From Acidimicrobiales bacterium (GTDB lineage: Bacteria > Actinomycetota > Acidimicrobiia > Acidimicrobiales > Bog-793): a DNA stretch of 64,000 nucleotides. The stretch lies in the NCBI GenBank assembly GCA_035532075.1, contig DATKRV010000006.1, forward strand, positions 5,739 through 69,738. The letters are read 5' to 3'. The notes beneath the pieces are model-generated. The model saw only the letters and a program-made list of their open reading frames with translations, ran no database searches and had not been told where the DNA came from. Positions 28,571 through 36,450 of the stretch are shown here, piece after piece. The first letter of the stretch is position 1. The number at the start of each line of letters is the position of its first letter. The translations under genes and the position numbers were made by a program.

Positions 28571-28642
28571 TCAGGCAGTGCTGAATCAGGCAGTGCTGAG
28601 CCAGTCAGTGCTGAGCCAGTCAGTGCTGAGTCAGTCAGTGAC
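28571..28642. repeat. 15-bp tandem repeat (about 4.8 copies), minisatellite-like
   Basis: TCAGGCAGTGCTGAA / TCAGGCAGTGCTGAG / CCAGTCAGTGCTGAG / CCAGTCAGTGCTGAG / TCAGTCAGTGAC. It lies in the convergent gap between the hydrolase gene and fabF, and the last partial unit contains the fabF stop. Confidence 0.9.
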
Positions 28643-29833
28643 CGGCGCGATCACGATGCAGCCGTTGTGACCGCCAAAGCCAAAGCTGTTCGAGAGGACC
28701 GGGCCCGGTGTGAAGGGGCGGCCGCTCTCTGTGACGACATCGATCGTGATCTCGGGGTCTTGCTCTTCACAGCCGATTGTCGGGGGGATCAGACCGCGCT
28801 CGATGGTGAGGCAGACGCAGACCGCCTCGATCGCTCCGGCCGCGCCGAGTGAGTGACCGGTGATCCCCTTGATCGAGGTCACGGGAGGCGTCTTGTCTCC
28901 GAAGACGTGGATGATCGCCTGTGACTCGGCGAGATCGTTCAACGGAGTAGAGGTGCCGTGTCCATTGATGTGAGTGATCTCGGAGGGCGTGATGCCGGCG
29001 TCGTCGAGAGCGAGTTCCATACAGCTGATCGCCCCGATTCCTCCCGGGGATGGAGCGGTGATGTGGTACGCGTCAGCGGTGGAGGCGGCTCCGGTGAGTT
29101 CAGCGTAGATGTGGGCTCCGCGCGCCTTCGCGTGCTCGTACTCTTCAAGAATCAATGCGGCTCCGCCCTCGGCGATAATAAATCCATCGCGTCGCAAGTC
29201 GTACGGGCGAGAGATTCCCTCCGTCGACAGCGCGGTCATGTTCGAGAAGGCGACGAGGCCTATAGCGGGACGATCTCCGACTCCGGTCATCCCGGCCTCG
29301 GCCCCTCCCGTCACGACCGCGTCACAGCGGCCGTACTGGATCAATCGCAGGGCGTTTCCGATCGCGTGGGTACCAGAGGCGCACGCGGTGACGACGGTCT
29401 CGCACGGACCGCGAAATCCAAAGCGCATCGAGATCGCCGCAGCTCCTGCGTTTGACATCATCATCGGCACGAGTCGGGGCGAGACACGGCGCGCGCCCCG
29501 TTCGGCGAGATTCGTGATCTGTTCCTGGAGGGTCTCGAGGCCACCGACACCCGTTGCATAGATGACGCCGACGCGTGTCGGGTCGAGTCCGAGTTCGCCG
29601 GCGTCCTCGAGGGCCATCTTTGCGGAGGCCACCGAGAACTGCGCGAAGCGATCCGTCTGGCGTGCCTCCTTTGGGTCGAGATAGTCAAGCGGCTCGAAGT
29701 CCCTGACGTATCGATATCCGACCGGCGCCTCGCCGAACAATCCGTCGAAGAACCTGTCGAGTCCGCTCCCGACACACGAGACCACACCAAGACCGGTGAT
29801 GACCACCCGTCGCACGGGGATGTCCCTTGGCAT
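28631..29833 (-). CDS. fabF: Beta-ketoacyl-ACP synthase II (KasA/FabF type)
   Basis: Active-site Cys in VVTACASGTHAIG, HGTSTPLND and NSFGFGGHN. ATGA coupling to acpP. Confidence 0.9.
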   Translation of the reverse strand: MPRDIPVRRVVITGLGVVSCVGSGLDRFFDGLFGEAPVGYRYVRDFEPLDYLDPKEARQTDRFAQFSVASAKMALEDAGELGLDPTRVGVIYATGVGGLETLQEQITNLAERGARRVSPRLVPMMMSNAGAAAISMRFGFRGPCETVVTACASGTHAIGNALRLIQYGRCDAVVTGGAEAGMTGVGDRPAIGLVAFSNMTALSTEGISRPYDLRRDGFIIAEGGAALILEEYEHAKARGAHIYAELTGAASTADAYHITAPSPGGIGAISCMELALDDAGITPSEITHINGHGTSTPLNDLAESQAIIHVFGDKTPPVTSIKGITGHSLGAAGAIEAVCVCLTIERGLIPPTIGCEEQDPEITIDVVTESGRPFTPGPVLSNSFGFGGHNGCIVIAPVTD

Positions 29834-30072
29834 CAGAGCTTATTGGTGACCAGATCGTAGGCCTGACCAATTGTGGTGACGCCCTCGAGCTCGGATTCTT
29901 CGACGGAGATGTCGAAGGTCTCTTCGAGCGCCATCACGAACTCGACGAGATCAAGGCTGTCCGCATCTAGGTCCTCGGAGAAGCGCGCCTCGAGGGTGAC
30001 CTTCTCCGCGGGAACCTGCAGAACTTCGACGGCGCATGCCTTGAACTTCTCGAGGGTGGCGTCATCTGCCAT
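29833..30072 (-). CDS. acpP: Acyl carrier protein
   Basis: LDADSLDLVEFVMALEE with the DSL phosphopantetheine-attachment serine. Start at MADDATLEKF. Confidence 0.9.
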   Translation of the reverse strand: MADDATLEKFKACAVEVLQVPAEKVTLEARFSEDLDADSLDLVEFVMALEETFDISVEESELEGVTTIGQAYDLVTNKL

Positions 30073-30237
30073 GGTGTGCTCCTTTGCTCTGCGACCGTCT
30101 CCGCGAATCGCGGACGCGGTCATCGTTATGTGGATAAAACGTAGATCAATTGTGGTACAAACCGTGCACTCCCGGGCGGGTCACGGTCATATTTCCCGCC
30201 CGTTGCGAGACATTTCGGGAAAACGCAGTGGGATCTG

Positions 30238-30987
30238 CTAATTCCCCATACCGAGCCCTCCATCGATCGCGAGGATCGTTCCGGTGACGTATCCACCAAG
30301 CGGGTTCGTCAGGTAGACAACACCGGCCGCGACCTCCTCAGGCGTGCCGAGTCTGCCAAGTGGCACGTTTGCCCCAAGACCATCTCTCTGCGTGGCGCTG
30401 ATCGCGGCGGTCATGTCGGTGTCGATCAGACCAGGAGCGATCACGTTGACGGTAATGTTCCGACTTGCCACCTCCCGGCTCAGCGCGCGCGCGAATCCGA
30501 TCAGTCCGGCCTTGGCAGCAGAGTAGTTCGTCTGTCCCGCGTTCCCGGTCATCGCCACCACCGAGCCGATCAGGACGATTCTTCCTCCCCGTGCTCGGAT
30601 CATTCCTGAGATCGCGCGCCGCGCGACGCGATAGACAGCGGTGAGATTGGTATCAATGACGTTTGCCCAACGCTCCTCGTTCATTCTCAACAACAGCGCG
30701 TCGTCAGTAATGCCGGCCGAACAGACGAGAAGCTCGACCGGGCCCGCAACCGCCTCGATCTCACCAAAGGTGCGCTCGACGTCTGCTGGACTCGTCACGT
30801 CGCAGTGGATGGCGACGAGTGGATGTGTATCACGAGGTCCCTCAAGATCCGCTGGAGCAGCGTTCTTGTAGGTGACAAAGACCCGGTCTCCACCGGCTTG
30901 GAGGGCGCGCGCCGTGGCGAGCCCGATGCCGCGCGAACCGCCAGTGACGAGCGCGACGCGGGCCGTCGCCAGATTGCTCATCTGCAC
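30238..30987 (-). CDS. fabG: 3-oxoacyl-ACP reductase
   Basis: ALVTGGSRGIGLA, NYSAAKAG (YxxxK) and NVIAPGLIDTDM. Confidence 0.85.
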   Translation of the reverse strand: MQMSNLATARVALVTGGSRGIGLATARALQAGGDRVFVTYKNAAPADLEGPRDTHPLVAIHCDVTSPADVERTFGEIEAVAGPVELLVCSAGITDDALLLRMNEERWANVIDTNLTAVYRVARRAISGMIRARGGRIVLIGSVVAMTGNAGQTNYSAAKAGLIGFARALSREVASRNITVNVIAPGLIDTDMTAAISATQRDGLGANVPLGRLGTPEEVAAGVVYLTNPLGGYVTGTILAIDGGLGMGN

Positions 30988-31910
30988 TCACCCCACCTGA
31001 CAATTGTCGAGGCCCAGGTCATTCCGGCTCCGAATCCCGACATAAGCACGTAGTCGCCATCGTGGAGCCTTCCGGCCTCTGTCGCATCGCACAGTGCGAG
31101 CGGGATCGACGCCGCACTGGTATTTCCGGTCCGGTCGAGGACGATCGCGGTCTGTCCGAGATCGAACCCGATGCGCGCGTTGACGGCCTCGATGATCCGG
31201 AGGTTGGCCTGGTGCGGGACGAACAGCGCGATGTCGGCGGGTTTCAAATCCGCTCGTTCGAGCACCGCGGTGATTGAGTCGACCTCGGCGCGCACCGCGC
31301 GACGGAACACCTCGCGCCCCTCCATCTGAATGAAGCCGCCGTGATTCTGATAGAGAAGGTCAGTGAATGCTCCGTCGACGCCGAGGTCATAGGAGACGAT
31401 GAAATTCTCCGTCTTGTCGTTGGCACGGATGATCAGTGCCGCCGCCGCATCACCAAACAGGACCGCAGTGGAGCGATCCTCCTGGTCGGTGACGCTCGAT
31501 AGGGTGTCGGCACCGATCACCAGCGCGCAGCGATGGCCCATGCGCAACAGGCCGTCCGCGGTGACGAGCGCGTAGACGAAGCCGGCACAGGCCGCATTCA
31601 GGTCGAACGCTCCACCGCTCAGACCAAGTTTTGCGTGCACGAGGGAGGAGGTGGCGGGGATCGCGCGATCCGGCGTCGAGGTGGCGATGATCAACAGGTC
31701 GATCTCGTCACCGGTGAGGCCGGCACGTTCGATTGAGCGCTGACCTGCGACGATTGCCAATGCCGAGGTCGGCCCACCCATTCGACGCTCTCGGATCCCG
31801 GTGCGCTCAACGATCCATGTGTCCGAGGTGTCGAGTCTTTTCTCGAAATCTTTGTTGGTGACAACGAGTTCGGGTAAAGAGGCACCCCACCCGATAATCG
31901 ATCCACCCAT
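30978..31910 (-). CDS. fabH: Beta-ketoacyl-ACP synthase III
   Basis: LNAACAGFVYAL (active-site Cys), VPHQANLRII and GFGAGMTW. Confidence 0.9.
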   Translation of the reverse strand: MGGSIIGWGASLPELVVTNKDFEKRLDTSDTWIVERTGIRERRMGGPTSALAIVAGQRSIERAGLTGDEIDLLIIATSTPDRAIPATSSLVHAKLGLSGGAFDLNAACAGFVYALVTADGLLRMGHRCALVIGADTLSSVTDQEDRSTAVLFGDAAAALIIRANDKTENFIVSYDLGVDGAFTDLLYQNHGGFIQMEGREVFRRAVRAEVDSITAVLERADLKPADIALFVPHQANLRIIEAVNARIGFDLGQTAIVLDRTGNTSAASIPLALCDATEAGRLHDGDYVLMSGFGAGMTWASTIVRWGECR

Positions 31911-33208
31911 CAGGACTCCTTTATCGACATCGCGGACTCTTGTGTGGTTCTCAGCCAGGCGACCGGTTGACCCGTGACGACGCGTTCACCCGCGAGCACA
32001 ATGATGCCCTGTAATTCACCGGCGAATGGTGACCTGATCTCGATTTCGCCCGCCCAGCCGACGAGATCTCCGACGCCCAGCGAAATGACCCCCCGTGTTG
32101 CCGCTGCCCTCGAGAGCGTCGGAGCGGCCTCAATGAGGTCGGAGGCGGGTCGGAAGGGCCCGGTCGCCGGAGCGACGATCAGGCGCTCGGTCATCACGAA
32201 GCCGGCAGTGCGCTCGAGTTCCCGAACAGAGGCGGCCTCGGTTCCGGCGATGACGTCGACGAGCGCCTCGAGTTCCTCGGGAGTGGCCACATTCAATGCG
32301 GTGATCCCTTGGCTGATCGACCGTTTCACGAGTCCGGTCAGCACCGCGCCCGCGCCGAGTTCGACAAAGGTGCGCACTCCGGACTCATAGAGTGTTTGAA
32401 GGCTCTGGTGCCAGCGCACCGGACTACACAGCTGCGCGGAGAGAAGACCGGGCCATTCGTCTGGGTCTTCATGGATGCGGGCATCGACATTGGCAACCAC
32501 GGGCGGATCCGGTTCGCGAAACGAGACGCCAGCGAGAGCCTTGCGCAGGAGGTCTCGGGCCGGAGCCATATACGGCGTGTGAAAGGCGCCACCGACCGGG
32601 AAGGACATCACCCGCTTGGCACCGAGTTCCTTGGCGATCTCCGCCGCGCGCAGGAGGTCATCGGGAGCGCCTGCAATCACGATCTGGCCCGGTGCATTGA
32701 AATTCGCGATCCAGACATCGCCCTCGGCGCGCATGCACGCCGCCTCGGCGCTGTCATCGTCAAGGCCGAGGATAGCCATCATCGTGCCACTCGATTTTGT
32801 CGCCGCATCTTTCATTGCGAGGCCGCGCTCGTTGACGAGTCGGACACCGTCGTCGAACGAGAGCGCCCCCGAGGCAACCAGGGCGCTGTACTCGCCGAGC
32901 GAGTGTCCTGCACACATCGTTGGGGTGATGCCGAGGCGCTCCGTCGCATCCAGAATGACCAGGCTGAGCACGAAGGTTGCCAGCTGCGCGTTCTCGGTGC
33001 TTGTCAAGCTCTCCTGGTCCATCCCAAGAAGGAGATGGGCGACGTCGCGGCCGACTGCTTCGCTCGCCTGTTCGACCAGTTCGAAGGAGGGATGGTCCAC
33101 CCAACTCGATCCCATGCCATGGCGCTGCGAACCCTGACCCGGGAAGGTGAACGCCAGCAACTGATCTGCTCCCTCCACGACGATGCAATCGAATGCGCAC
33201 GGACGCAT
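31910..33208 (-). CDS. fabD: Malonyl-CoA:ACP transacylase with a C-terminal biotinyl/lipoyl-like domain
   Basis: FPGQGSQ and GHSLGEYSAL motifs, plus a ~110-aa C-terminal extension (IVAPATGPF...GDLVGWAGEIEIRSPFAGELQGIIVLAGERVVTGQPVAWL). Confidence 0.85.
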   Translation of the reverse strand: MRPCAFDCIVVEGADQLLAFTFPGQGSQRHGMGSSWVDHPSFELVEQASEAVGRDVAHLLLGMDQESLTSTENAQLATFVLSLVILDATERLGITPTMCAGHSLGEYSALVASGALSFDDGVRLVNERGLAMKDAATKSSGTMMAILGLDDDSAEAACMRAEGDVWIANFNAPGQIVIAGAPDDLLRAAEIAKELGAKRVMSFPVGGAFHTPYMAPARDLLRKALAGVSFREPDPPVVANVDARIHEDPDEWPGLLSAQLCSPVRWHQSLQTLYESGVRTFVELGAGAVLTGLVKRSISQGITALNVATPEELEALVDVIAGTEAASVRELERTAGFVMTERLIVAPATGPFRPASDLIEAAPTLSRAAATRGVISLGVGDLVGWAGEIEIRSPFAGELQGIIVLAGERVVTGQPVAWLRTTQESAMSIKES

Positions 33209-33338
33209 CCTGCCCGACTCAAAAAAATCCCTACTCTCGAACCACCTCTGAGCTGTCGAACCACTCAGACCATCTATTAGACCTCGAGGGAGCCAAGATG
33301 GTTACATCGGGGCCATTCGCATCCGTTCCCACACGAGC

Positions 33339-33380
33339 GGGAAAACCGCCGACTGCAGGCGTTGTTGAGCGGATTTTCCC
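33339..33380 (-). terminator. Hairpin downstream of the LLM oxidoreductase gene; could be a terminator or a regulator-binding site upstream of fabD
   Basis: Imperfect inverted repeat GGGAAAACCGC (33339-33349) / GCGGATTTTCCC (33369-33380) with a 19-nt loop. There is no clear U-tract. Confidence 0.3.
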
Positions 33381-33413
33381 ATTCAACGCGGCGAAATCGG
33401 TCGGTCCGGGGAG

Positions 33414-34376
33414 CTATCGGATGATCTTGGCCAGCGTTTCACCGGCGAGAGCGAGGATGTCGAGGTCATCGGGGTCGGGCATGTTGAAGATCATCCCGGT
33501 CAGCCCGGCATCGAGATAGCCACTGATCTGTTCGCAGACCGCGTCGGGATCGCCGATCGTCGCGTACGCGCGTAGCCGATCTTCGTCCATGTTGCGCACC
33601 TTCGCGAGCCGTTGCGCCTTTTGTTCGGCCTCTGCGTTGGTGCTGGCGATGACGAGTCCTCCAAGGCGGGTCTTGGCGATCTCTGTCGGATCGCGGCCGA
33701 TCGTCTCGCAGTGGTCCTCGAGGACGCCGATCTTGTGACGGATGGTCTCTCGGTTGCCAAACAGATTGCAGGCATCCGCGTACTTCGCAACAAGCGCAAG
33801 GGTGCGCGTCTCTCCACTTCCACCGATGAGAATCGGAATACCGGTCTTTTGGACCGGACGGGGGATATTGCGCGCCTCGTCGATGGTGTAGTAGCGCCCG
33901 GTGAAGCTCGGCCGGTCCTCGGTGAACATCAGGCGACAGATCTGCACGGACTCTTCGAGGCGGTCCATGCGTTCTTTGACCGAGGGAAAGTCGAAACCGT
34001 AGCCGCGGTGCTCGACATCGTGCCATGCCGCGCCAATCCCGAGGATTGCTCTGCCCGCAGATATCACATCGAGCGTCGTCACCTGTTTGGCAAGCAGCGC
34101 GGGGTTGCGGTAGGTGACGCCGGTGACGAGTGTCCCAAGTGAGATGTTCTCGGTTCGCGCGGCGATACCGCCAAGCAGGGTGTAGGCCTCGAACATGGGC
34201 TCGGTCTCTGGCGCCATGATGGGGATCTGGTAGAAGTGATCCATCACCCAGAGTGAGTCGAATCCCGCACGTTCCGCGACCCCAGCGATCTCGGCGACCT
34301 TGGTGAATAGGTCGAGATCGGTGATGTTCGCGAAAGTGAAGCTCGGAATCTGTAGTCCGATACGCGTGACGTTCAT
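33414..34376 (-). CDS. LLM-class (luciferase-like) F420-dependent oxidoreductase
   Basis: GFDSLWVMDHFYQI, GIGAAWHDVEH and PILIGGSGE motifs typical of LLM F420-dependent enzymes. Confidence 0.85.
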   Translation of the reverse strand: MNVTRIGLQIPSFTFANITDLDLFTKVAEIAGVAERAGFDSLWVMDHFYQIPIMAPETEPMFEAYTLLGGIAARTENISLGTLVTGVTYRNPALLAKQVTTLDVISAGRAILGIGAAWHDVEHRGYGFDFPSVKERMDRLEESVQICRLMFTEDRPSFTGRYYTIDEARNIPRPVQKTGIPILIGGSGETRTLALVAKYADACNLFGNRETIRHKIGVLEDHCETIGRDPTEIAKTRLGGLVIASTNAEAEQKAQRLAKVRNMDEDRLRAYATIGDPDAVCEQISGYLDAGLTGMIFNMPDPDDLDILALAGETLAKIIR

Positions 34377-34473
34377 GTCGCCTCCCGAGTTGCACCGGTC
34401 GGGCTGACTGGCGCTGATATTCGTATTATTTGTTTTGAATGAACTTTTGGCGATGCTGGCCCCGACTTTTTTC

Positions 34474-34501
34474 GTGCCCGGCCGGGATTCGCACTCCCGC
34501 C
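34474..34501 (-). other. tRNA 3'-half-like remnant (possible distal att scar of a tRNA-Leu islet)
   Basis: GTGCCCGG + C + CGGGA-TTCGCAC-TCCCG parallels the plus-strand image of the tRNA-Leu 3' end: GTGCCCGG + A + GCGGG-ATTTGAA-CCCGC. The first 8 nt are identical, followed by a 5-bp stem and 7-nt loop of the same geometry. Confidence 0.3.
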
Positions 34502-35249
34502 AACATCATCCGGCCCCATCCAGCTAGTCCGGCTCGTCCGGCAGGGTCAAGGTAGAAGGCTAATCCCGGTGGGCGCGCGCTGCTCCTTGGCAGGCTGTCC
34601 GGAGGAATCCGCGAACGCCGGTGACCACGGTGTGACACATCTGATCGGCGGCGGCGATGCGCTTACCATGGGGTCATCGGGTGCGCGTCACCCAAACCGT
34701 CTTGACCGAGGCGCCGGCGGGCCCGCGCCTTCGCCACTGAGGGCAAGAGGTGGCGTAGCGACTGGGCTTGGCGCCATCTGGAGGAACACATGACCGTTCC
34801 GGACGAATCAAGGTCGCCTGCATCACCGCCAGTATCAATCGAGACTGCGATGCGCGCACCGTCTCTGGTACCGAGTGAGCCGGCGAAGCCCGTGCCAACG
34901 TCGCCTCCGGTCACTGCGGCCAGTCAAGGGACGAGACCCTCACGAGTCGTCGGGAAGACTCGCAGCCCATGGGGTGTGAGTTGCTCAGCCTCACGATCAT
35001 TTAACCGTTCATTTGGTACTTCAAGCTGAACAAGGAGCTGCGCGACTTCGATCCATTATTCGACGTGCAGCCCGGTCTCTCCGTGTTGGCGATCTCGCTT
35101 GGAACGCTGGTGATCTTTCTTTTTCCTTTGCTCTCGAGGGCTCACACGGCGATCGGCATACAGTAGACACAAAGGCTTGCTGGGAACCGTGCTCGATGCT
35201 CGTTCTTGCTTTCCTAGATCTGGCACTGTCCGGCATGGCCTACATCGAG

Positions 35250-35293
35250 TCTCAAATGAATCTCAAATGAATCTCAAATGAATCTCAAATGAA
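35250..35293. repeat. Perfect 11-bp tandem repeat x4 (TCTCAAATGAA)
   Basis: Four identical units at 35250, 35261, 35272 and 35283. The repeat is AT-rich, and each unit contains ATGA. Confidence 0.95.
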
Positions 35294-35388
35294 TAAGGTG
35301 TGGGAGCTGTACGTCAAATCGCGCGAGGGCACGCCCATAACCGCGGAGCCCCGACGCCACGACTGGGCCGAACGTAAGGTACAGACAA

Positions 35389-35786
35389 TGAGACGACACG
35401 CGTGGAAGACCGCGGCCAAGATGGCGGTCCCGTTCCGATTCGCCCTGCCGATCGCGAGCGCGGAAGCTGCCACACCAAAGGAACCAACTGGCTCTGCCGC
35501 GCTCATAGGCAAGCGCGTGCCCGAAACGGGCTTTAGCCGGCTAACGAATGCGAGTCCTTACAAGCGTCCGAAGAACCTGGGAGGGACCAGCACCCCATTC
35601 ATCATCACGAGCGATACCGGCGGTGACATGATCTCTTTCTTCGACGCTTCCAGCGTGTCCGCTGCGCGTACGTACTACGAGATCCGCCTCTCGCGGCCTG
35701 GCACATCGAGAGCGGCATCCAGGGATGCGATCCGACGTCCCGAGCCACAGGAATCCCTGCGCCAACCAAAGGTCTCGATGTCGTGA
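35389..35786 (+). CDS. Hypothetical small secreted protein
   Basis: Signal-peptide-like N-terminus MRRHAWKTAAKMAVPFRFALPIASAEA|ATPKE. No recognisable family. The track ORF starts at 35289, inside the 11-bp repeat. Confidence 0.3.
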
Positions 35787-36450
35787 CGTGTGTCACCCGG
35801 TGTTCGCCAGGGAAGTCAACATCGCTTGCAATAGCGACGAAATTCCAAAGAGGCCGCCTCGCCGTCATCGTTGAAACGCCGAACCTCACTGCCAACGGCT
35901 CTGTTGTGCAATCGGAACTGAAGCAGAATGCGACCTACGCACTGAATACGATCGTGCTCTTGCACAGTAAGGGACTCGCTGCGAGTCCGCCTGCACACTC
36001 GACGACGAGGTCCAATGCCAGACAGAGACCGTCAGCAAGTTCGAAGCAATTTACATGAACTTGAGATTGGTCAGCCATCGCCCAACGATACGCGACAGTT
36101 CATATCCCACATCGCCGCGGGCACCAATGCCCGATCCGTCGATCTGGCGCGGCAAAGGCCCAAAAAACTGATCGACGATTTGCGCGCGTTCTGTCTCGCA
36201 GTTTTCCATGAACGACATCGCTTAGGACCGTCGCGGATGTTTCTCGGCGCCAAGACTCGGATCCCTCTCCTTCTACCCGGGTCGGAACCAAGCTGGGTCA
36301 AATTCAGACTCTCCAAAATTGCCAATCAGTCTGTCGTGCTCGTCTCTGCGGTCCTCAGTTCCGACATCCATCGTCTCGTTGAAGGCGGTATTGGGCGTGA
36401 ACAGCGCACATCCTCTCTGGGAACGGCGAGATGAAGAAGGATATGGGTCA

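Noticed and set aside
28571-28642. A CRISPR-like array (also considered for the 11-bp repeat at 35250-35293)
   Set aside because: The repeats are contiguous with no spacers, the units are too short, and no cas genes are present in the window.
28511-28852. A 113-aa plus-strand ORF encoding SGSAESGSAEPVSAEPVSAE
   Set aside because: The peptide repeat is just the translation of the 15-bp minisatellite. The frame then runs antisense into fabF.
33466-34395. A 309-aa Arg/Pro-rich minus-strand ORF
   Set aside because: It is an alternative frame of the LLM oxidoreductase gene, which has clear family motifs in the other frame.
34440-34790. A possible structured RNA gene (RNase P, SRP RNA, tmRNA or cobalamin riboswitch), suggested by fragments such as GTCCGGAGGAATCCG, GCTGCTCCTTGGCAGG and CGCCACTGAGGG
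   Set aside because: Each resemblance covers only a few nucleotides. I could not reconstruct the conserved cores (RNase P GAGGAAAGTCCGGGC, SRP GGAAGCAGCC...AAGGCAG helix, B12 box) or consistent helices. A covariance-model scan (Rfam/Infernal) would be the decisive test.
36319-36450. The upstream ATG start for the YfhO-like protein
   Set aside because: The extra 44 aa (MPISLSCSSLRSSVPTS...) look non-native. GTG 36451 has a GAAGGA upstream and immediately precedes the first TM helix. The longer form cannot be excluded.
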